From assembly GCA_964013405.1 (NCBI GenBank), contig CAXGWI010000065.1, positions 1 through 18,280 of the forward strand: DNA of 18,280 nucleotides, in the 5' to 3' direction. The position numbers and the translations under genes were made by a program. This document shows, piece after piece, positions 7,853-13,780 of this stretch (position 1 is its first letter; each line of letters opens with the position of its first letter). The DNA comes from an uncultured Myxococcales bacterium (GTDB taxonomy: Bacteria > Myxococcota > UBA4151). The notes beneath the pieces are model-generated. The model worked only from the letters and a program-made list of their open reading frames with translations, did no database searches and was not told where the DNA came from.

Positions 7853-9025
7853 TTGAGTGAAGCGAAGGTTCTGGGCGAGGACAGGTCCCCCGGTCCCTGG
7901 GTTGTTTCACCGGTCTACGACCAATGGTTTCTTCTGGGCGCTTGGCTCTTTCCCTTCGGACTTCTTTTGCTGGTGGCCCTCTTGGAACCGACGATGGGTC
8001 GGCTGGGGGCCGTCGCCAGCGCTTACCTTGTGTTTCAGTTTGTCGACTGCGCGCACATTTTCATTACCTGGCCCATCCTGTTTGGGGACCGGGGGATCCG
8101 GGCCCGTTATGGCGACAGCAACCTGATCATCTTTGCCGGGATCGTGCTTGCCTCCATCGCGTGCACCTACAGTGGGCGCACGACTCAGATGGTCTACTGG
8201 ACCAGTTTCCTCTTCTTCGGGACATGGCACAACATCCGGCAACACTACGGCTTTCTGCGGCTCTACCAGGCCCGCACACCATCTTTGGACCGGCAGGCTG
8301 CTCGCGCAGAGGTGCTTTGTCTCTATGGTGGGACAGCGACCGCTTTCTTCACCAACATTCACTTTGGTTGGCTGTACGAGAGCTTTGGCGCCAACGTGAC
8401 GTGGATTCAGGTGCCGGCCTTGGTGCCCTGCGCCTGCTTTGTGGTCTTTCTCTATGGCTTGATCGGCGCCCTGGTCGGGATGTGGCAGCGACGCCGGGCA
8501 GGCTTGCCGGTGGGGGGACCTCGTCTCCTGCACTTGTTTCTCGTGCTCTCGAATTTCGTTTTGGGTCTGTTGGTACTGACCCGGGGCGACCTGTTGCTGA
8601 CCGTGCTGTTTATCACCAGCTACCACGATCTGCAGTACTTGCCCTTGGTCTGGCATATGGGTCGGCGACGCTACAGCAGTGAGCAGGGGGCCAAGGAGAA
8701 CCCATTGGCCCTGCTCTTTCGCTCGGGCCACTTTGTCTACTTCTTGGGGGCCTTAGCCCTCGGGGCGCTGATTCATGTGACCGCTGTTGGCCAGCTCAGC
8801 TTCCTCAACGGCCTGGACTTTACGGCCTATGCCCTGACCGATGAACCGGGGCTGATGAACTACGTGGCGAATGGGTTCATTGCGACGAGCCTAGCCCACT
8901 TCATCCTCGATGGGCGCATCTGGAAGTTCAGCGAGGACCCCCGTCTAAAGGATGAGTTTGACCTGCATCGACGGTCTGAGGGGGCGGCATCACAGGGCTC
9001 GGGGGTTGGGCCTGCGGCCGGCTAA
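7853..9025 (+). CDS. Multi-pass membrane protein with conserved His motifs, paralog 2 (~390 aa)
   Basis: Start placed at TTG 7853 (GAGGAG RBS at 7840-7845), which brings its N-terminus into line with paralog 1. Motifs AHIFITW, WHNIRQHYGF, SYHDLQY, AHFILDGRIWK. Confidence 0.75.
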   Translation: MSEAKVLGEDRSPGPWVVSPVYDQWFLLGAWLFPFGLLLLVALLEPTMGRLGAVASAYLVFQFVDCAHIFITWPILFGDRGIRARYGDSNLIIFAGIVLASIACTYSGRTTQMVYWTSFLFFGTWHNIRQHYGFLRLYQARTPSLDRQAARAEVLCLYGGTATAFFTNIHFGWLYESFGANVTWIQVPALVPCACFVVFLYGLIGALVGMWQRRRAGLPVGGPRLLHLFLVLSNFVLGLLVLTRGDLLLTVLFITSYHDLQYLPLVWHMGRRRYSSEQGAKENPLALLFRSGHFVYFLGALALGALIHVTAVGQLSFLNGLDFTAYALTDEPGLMNYVANGFIATSLAHFILDGRIWKFSEDPRLKDEFDLHRRSEGAASQGSGVGPAAG

Positions 9026-9743
9026 GGCCACGGGGGTGTTGTACCAGGATGGTGGCTGGCCCATCAGCGTCTGGTTCTAGGATAAAAGCTGGTGGGCCAA
9101 AGCGGCGACCGCCGAGGCCGGTCGCACGCAGCCAAATGCGCTCTTCGCCCTCTGTCTCGACCGCGACGTGGATGACACCAGGCCGGTCGGCGACTTTGGC
9201 ACTGGGTCCGGTCGCGTTCATTTCGATCTCGATGCGCAAGGCCACCTGCTCTTTATCCTGATGGCGATAGCTAAACTCGATGGGTGCAAGCAGGTAGGCC
9301 CGGAGGTCCAGCGGGTGCTGGGGCAGGTTACGGGCTTTGCGGGCAGCCCAAATCTGACCGGAAACGCGGTCGACTTCATAGGCGAGGAATTGGTCGGGGT
9401 GGGCAGCATCGGAGCCTCGCTCCGGCGGCATGATCCAAAAGAAGAAGACGGCAAAGACAAAGAAGCCTGCCTTCACTGCACCCCAGGGGATTTGCCCTTT
9501 AAGCCCTGCGGCCGCCGCACCGCAGATGAGCAGCCATAGGACGGGGTTTGGGGGGCTGAGATAGTAGCTCCAGGGCCCCCCGAAGTGGAGTTGCCAGGCA
9601 TCGACCAAACGCCACAGGGCCAACGCGATGATGGGGGTACAGAGCAGCCACCGCCACAGTCGTGGGTCCTGGGCAGGAGGTTGTAGTCCTACCCCAGTTT
9701 CATCGAGGTGATCAGCCGGTTGTTGGGCCTCGTCGTCTGTCAA
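8928..9743 (-). CDS. Hypothetical membrane protein (about 3 N-terminal TMs, a soluble domain, Pro-rich tail)
   Basis: 271-aa ORF filling the gap between + strand genes. TTG start preceded by AAGGGGGG. Hydrophobic segments LWRWLLCTPIIALALW, VLWLLICGAAAAGL and AGFFVFAVFFFWIM. Confidence 0.6.
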   Translation of the reverse strand: MTDDEAQQPADHLDETGVGLQPPAQDPRLWRWLLCTPIIALALWRLVDAWQLHFGGPWSYYLSPPNPVLWLLICGAAAAGLKGQIPWGAVKAGFFVFAVFFFWIMPPERGSDAAHPDQFLAYEVDRVSGQIWAARKARNLPQHPLDLRAYLLAPIEFSYRHQDKEQVALRIEIEMNATGPSAKVADRPGVIHVAVETEGEERIWLRATGLGGRRFGPPAFILEPDADGPATILVQHPRGLSRPQAQPPSPVMPPPQTVDAGQTHPLDGGPR

Positions 9744-9793
9744 CGGATGGTCCCCCCTTTTCTCTTAGCCTTCGGACAGGGCATAGGACCACC

Positions 9794-10945
9794 GTGTTTC
9801 GTTCCCTTCCCATGGTGCTGGCCTTGGCCAGTTGCAACCTGCAGCAGGCTCCCGCGCCAATGGGGCCCGAACCCAAACAATGTCTGGATCTCGAGACCGC
9901 GCTCCAGGCCACTCGAACGGCCCTCGATGAGCAGCGCTTTCAGTGGCTAGGTCAGGTCATTCGGGAGGTCTTTGTCGAAGGAAAACTGGGTTCGGAGTTA
10001 AGATCGGAACTCACCGACCCAGCGTCCCTAGAAGCCCATCTCGAAGGCAATCACCTGAGAACCTTGGTTGGGGTCATTGTTGAAGGTCTGGCCGAGATGA
10101 TCCCGGCCCAAACCTTAAGGGGGCTCGAATCCATTGTGTCGGAAGATGTGTCGATCGGGTCACTCATGGCATTTATGGATGCCCAGCCGGCCCGGTGGGA
10201 CGTGCTGGATCCGGTTCGAGAGATGTTCTCTTCTTGTCGGGATGGTGGAGATCTGGCCGACCTGCTGGTGCACCTGCCAATGGTCGAGGGGAACTGTGGC
10301 GAGGCTGAGCTCCTCTGCGCCATCGATCATTTGGTCATCGTCTTGAAGTCGCCGGATTTGGCCGAGTCCTTAGCGAACGTAGATTTCGAAGGGCGCATCG
10401 GTAGGGAGGCTTTTCAACAGCTCATTATCCACGTCATGGACGTCACCGCGACCCCTGGTTTCGACGCCGAAGCCCTCGCCGGACAGTTGCGCAACATTTT
10501 CGGCGAGCGCCTGGACGAAACGACGCTCGATGCTTTGGACGGTCTGATCGGCTCCTTTGGTCGGTTCATGGCCAATCAGCAGGTTCAGCAGCCCTGGAGT
10601 CGTGTGGTTTCGTGCGTCAAACGCTACGATCCGGAGCGGGCTGTTAGCGGCCTGACCTATGACATGTTGACGGATGGGGGCCTGAATTCCGGCACGACAG
10701 CCCGTGTGCTGACCGAGACAAAAGCCAACTTGGACGCTCAGCGCATGATGGTGGAGTGGAGCCGTATGGCGACCTTGCTCGCCGAGGATCCAGCCTTGCG
10801 CGAGCGACTTTCTTTGGGCTTGAAGCCCCTTTTGGTCCCCTCGCTCGTTCGATGGATCTCGCCCCGAGTGGTCGATCTCCAAGAGCGTGGCGTTTTGGCT
10901 GAATGGGTCCGACTTGTGGCGGAGGGCTTACCTTGCGACGACTAA
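9794..10945 (+). CDS. Putative alpha-helical lipoprotein (~383 aa)
   Basis: Start placed at GTG 9794 (AGGA at 9785-9788), giving MFRSLPMVLALAS-C14 with lipobox LASC. Leu/Glu/Ala-rich amphipathic helical pattern. Its 3' end overlaps the start of the FadL-like gene. Confidence 0.68.
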   Translation: MFRSLPMVLALASCNLQQAPAPMGPEPKQCLDLETALQATRTALDEQRFQWLGQVIREVFVEGKLGSELRSELTDPASLEAHLEGNHLRTLVGVIVEGLAEMIPAQTLRGLESIVSEDVSIGSLMAFMDAQPARWDVLDPVREMFSSCRDGGDLADLLVHLPMVEGNCGEAELLCAIDHLVIVLKSPDLAESLANVDFEGRIGREAFQQLIIHVMDVTATPGFDAEALAGQLRNIFGERLDETTLDALDGLIGSFGRFMANQQVQQPWSRVVSCVKRYDPERAVSGLTYDMLTDGGLNSGTTARVLTETKANLDAQRMMVEWSRMATLLAEDPALRERLSLGLKPLLVPSLVRWISPRVVDLQERGVLAEWVRLVAEGLPCDD

Positions 10946-12216
10946 TCTTATTGGCCGCGTTCTGTTCCACCAACGCATGGGCGAATGCCATCGAAGTCTA
11001 TGGCTTCGGCGCGTCAGGGACCGCCCAGGGTCTGAGCTCGGCCGCAGCCCCAGGGGCCCTTGCTGCCTATGGAAACCCTGGCTTTCTCACCGCTTCTGGA
11101 CAGGGGCATTTCACCCTCGGTTTCCAGGGCACGCAATCAGCGCTCTCCATCGATGGATCCAAGCGGACGGCCGAGCCTGCCCGCGCATCCCAGCACGTGC
11201 TCATGGGTCTCAATCTCCCCTTGGGGGAGGTCCTTGGTCGCAGGCTACACTTTGGCCTGGCCTTCCAGAGTCCGCAAAAGCAACTGGTCACGACTCGAGC
11301 GCAGCACGCGTCTACACCCCACTGGGCTTTCTACGATGGTTACACGGAGCGCGTTGCTTCTGCACTCGCTCTTGGTTTGGATTTAGGGGCGGGTTTTTCC
11401 GTTGGCTTCGGCGCCCAAAATAACGTGGGCCTAGATGGTCAGGTCAACCTGGCTGTCGATCCGGGCACGGAGCGATTTACCGAGCGGAAGCTCGATTTCA
11501 ATTTCTACGGTGTGTGGAGCCCGATTGTGGGCCTGCGTTGGCATCTGGGTAAGACCCACCTCGGGCTCAGTTACCGTCGTCAGACTGTCCAGTCCTACGC
11601 GACCCCTGCGCTGGTCGATGTGGACGGACTCGATGCCCAGTTTACCCTGGGGCTCGGTGGTCAGAGTCACTTCATTCCTGACACCACCGAGTTGGCTGTG
11701 CGCTACCAACACGGCCTACGCCGATGGCTCAGTCTCGGGTTGGTGCACAAGCGGTGGAGTGCGCAGCCCGACCCGCGGCTCGATACCAGTCTAACCGTCA
11801 GCGGTGATGATGCTGAACAGTTGGGTTTGGACGCGGCCTTGGCCTGGCCCGACCCGGCCGAGGCTTGGGGAATTTCCCCGGCCTACAGCGACACCCTTGC
11901 CTTTGCCCTCGCAGGCAGTTGGGAGATGAAGCCGGTTCACGCCACCCTCTCCTACGGCTTTGAACCCAGCCCCGTGCCCGAGCAAATCGGATTCTATAAT
12001 CAGGCCGACGGCGATAATCACCAGGTTGGTTGGGGGCTAGGTTACGATTTTGACGCTGCATTGGGGGCTCGAGGCTGGTCGGTCATGTTGGCCGGTCGGC
12101 ATCGGATTTACCCGACCCGTAGCAACCGCAAGGAGCGGGTCGGAGACCCGACCGGCGACTGGAGTGCTGGTGGCCTCTTTCACGTGCTGGTCCTGGAGTT
12201 CCAACGGGGCCTTTAG
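10933..12216 (+). CDS. Outer-membrane beta-barrel, OmpP1/FadL/TodX family (hydrophobic compound transport)
   Basis: TTG start with GGAGGG RBS (10921-10926) and Sec signal ..STNAWA. FadL-like N-terminal plug YGFGASGTAQG..AAYGNPGFL, alternating beta-strands, and the late motif YGFEPSPVP..NQADGDNH. Confidence 0.78.
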   Translation: MRRLILLAAFCSTNAWANAIEVYGFGASGTAQGLSSAAAPGALAAYGNPGFLTASGQGHFTLGFQGTQSALSIDGSKRTAEPARASQHVLMGLNLPLGEVLGRRLHFGLAFQSPQKQLVTTRAQHASTPHWAFYDGYTERVASALALGLDLGAGFSVGFGAQNNVGLDGQVNLAVDPGTERFTERKLDFNFYGVWSPIVGLRWHLGKTHLGLSYRRQTVQSYATPALVDVDGLDAQFTLGLGGQSHFIPDTTELAVRYQHGLRRWLSLGLVHKRWSAQPDPRLDTSLTVSGDDAEQLGLDAALAWPDPAEAWGISPAYSDTLAFALAGSWEMKPVHATLSYGFEPSPVPEQIGFYNQADGDNHQVGWGLGYDFDAALGARGWSVMLAGRHRIYPTRSNRKERVGDPTGDWSAGGLFHVLVLEFQRGL

Positions 12217-12248
12217 CGCCCGGATGCCATTTTCCCCTCGTGCGCGCG

Positions 12249-12278
12249 TTGACCCCGTCGACGCTCCAGCAGTATCAC
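12249..12278 (+). promoter_or_regulatory. Possible sigma70-type promoter
   Basis: TTGACC (12249-12254), 18 nt spacer, TATCAC (12273-12278) in the intergenic gap before ATG 12308. The -10 element is imperfect. Confidence 0.25.
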
Positions 12279-12307
12279 CGGGTAAGGCCGAGACCAAAGG
12301 GGACGGT

Positions 12308-12547
12308 ATGAGTTCAAATTTAATCGCCCTCCAGAACCGATTTCTGGGGGCTGGTGAGACGATCTACGACCGTCTTGCCCAAGTGGCTGAGGAGCAGGGC
12401 GCCATTGACTCGGCAGCCATCGATCAGTTGGCAAAAGAACTCAAGTTGCCTCCCGCTATCATCCGCAGTGTCGCTAAGTTCTACGATGATCTGCGCAGCC
12501 TTCGCTTAAGGGGCCCTCAGCCTGACAGACGGGGCCTGTTGGGCTAA
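12308..12547 (+). pseudogene. Truncated N-terminal fragment of a NuoE/FdsG/HoxF-like NADH-oxidoreductase subunit
   Basis: AAGGGGA RBS. ..LAQVAEEQGAIDSAAIDQLAKELKLPPAIIRSVAKFYDDL resembles the NuoE N-terminal helical domain ending in (V)AxFY. The ORF stops about 20 codons later and contains no Cys, so the [2Fe-2S] domain is missing. Confidence 0.6.
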
Positions 12548-12570
12548 GACGGACCCGGTAGGAGAAAGAT

Positions 12571-13767
12571 ATGCGCCACCTGTCCTCCCTGGCCCTCCTG
12601 ACGCTGATGGCCTGTCCTGGGTCGGTCGTAGATGACCCTGATGGGCCACCGGCACCCGACGGGGGCGTTGAAGCGCCCAGTGATGCCGGTGTCGAAGCAC
12701 CGATCGACGGAGGACAAGCCGCAGTCGATGCGGGGGCTTCGCCGGTGGCCGATCCCGATGGTGGCGTGGTGAGACCGGATGCCGGAGTCGCGGCCCCGGA
12801 CGGGGGAGTTGAACCCGAACCCGAACTCAGCGACGTTTTTATCGACAACCCGTTGGGGACCTACGAGATTCTCGATCTCTGGGTTGATGAGGAGGAGGAA
12901 GAACCGCCCGTCTTTGAAGGTCTGGTCTTTGCGGACAATGGCGCCACCGCGATGATGGCGGACCTCAGCGAGTGCATTCCCAGCATTGTGTTCGCAGAAT
13001 GGCGTGTGAACGGCGAAGGGCAGTTGTTGACCTACGGGGGACCCGACGAGGTGGAGGGAGACCTTCTTCTGGGCGCTTTATCGGATAACGGCACCATGAC
13101 CATTCAGTTTCCTGGCGGTGGTGCGGTGCTGCGTCGAATCCGTACCGACTGCCACACCATGGAGAATCACGTCGGTGCATGGCAGATGATGGGTGAAGAA
13201 CCGGAGCAGCAGATGACTGTCGTGCTAACGGATGCAGAAGACTATGTGGTGATGATCAGTAATGACCCCTGCTTCCCCTTGGTGTCGGCGACTTATGATT
13301 TAGTCGGGCCCTGGCTTCGGATCGCAGAGGAGGACGATGATGAGATGGGTGACTCCGTTCCGATTTTTGTAAAGAGAGGCAGCTTGTACTTGGCAGGAGT
13401 TGGTGTGGAGAACGGTGAAGGGACACCCCCTATGGAGCGCATCGACCGCTGTGAAGATGGCGCGATGAGTCTGCCGCCTCAAGTACTGGCAGGCACCTAT
13501 CGAACCAGTGGCAACAACCCGCCGGCCCCTTTCATTGCCATGGGCGCCGATGGGCAGTTCACCTTGCTCACAGAGGTGAGTCCCTGCTCGCCCATCAGCA
13601 GTGGTGAGTACACGGCCAACAACACCGTCTTCGGATATCGGGTGGGTGAGCAGACGGGATTGGGGCGCTATACGATGGAGGGGGCCAATATCACCGTCTA
13701 CCAAGGCCTTGAGCCCCAGGCGCCGGTTTGGCTGAACCTCACCCGTGTTCGGTCGGCTTGCCATTAG
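12571..13767 (+). CDS. Lipoprotein with a DGG/DAG-repeat linker and three tandem lipocalin-like beta domains
   Basis: AGGAGA RBS and lipobox LMA-C15. Seven D-[GA]-G motifs in aa 30-79. Three ~100-aa units, each starting G-x-[YW] and containing two Cys. Confidence 0.75.
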   Translation: MRHLSSLALLTLMACPGSVVDDPDGPPAPDGGVEAPSDAGVEAPIDGGQAAVDAGASPVADPDGGVVRPDAGVAAPDGGVEPEPELSDVFIDNPLGTYEILDLWVDEEEEEPPVFEGLVFADNGATAMMADLSECIPSIVFAEWRVNGEGQLLTYGGPDEVEGDLLLGALSDNGTMTIQFPGGGAVLRRIRTDCHTMENHVGAWQMMGEEPEQQMTVVLTDAEDYVVMISNDPCFPLVSATYDLVGPWLRIAEEDDDEMGDSVPIFVKRGSLYLAGVGVENGEGTPPMERIDRCEDGAMSLPPQVLAGTYRTSGNNPPAPFIAMGADGQFTLLTEVSPCSPISSGEYTANNTVFGYRVGEQTGLGRYTMEGANITVYQGLEPQAPVWLNLTRVRSACH

Positions 13768-13780
13768 GATTCGAGGTCAG

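Noticed and set aside
7907..8731. 274-aa minus-strand and 252-aa alternative-frame ORFs inside enzyme paralog 2
   Set aside because: The main frame is supported by paralogy with 6762..7838. These ORFs have compositions typical of off-frame translations.
6762..9025. Calling the His-motif proteins fatty-acid desaturases or sterol hydroxylases
   Set aside because: The canonical HxxHH boxes are absent.
12050..12307. N-terminal extension of the 165-aa ORF 12050..12547
   Set aside because: It overlaps the FadL-like gene out of frame. The RBS and the NuoE-like similarity both begin at ATG 12308.
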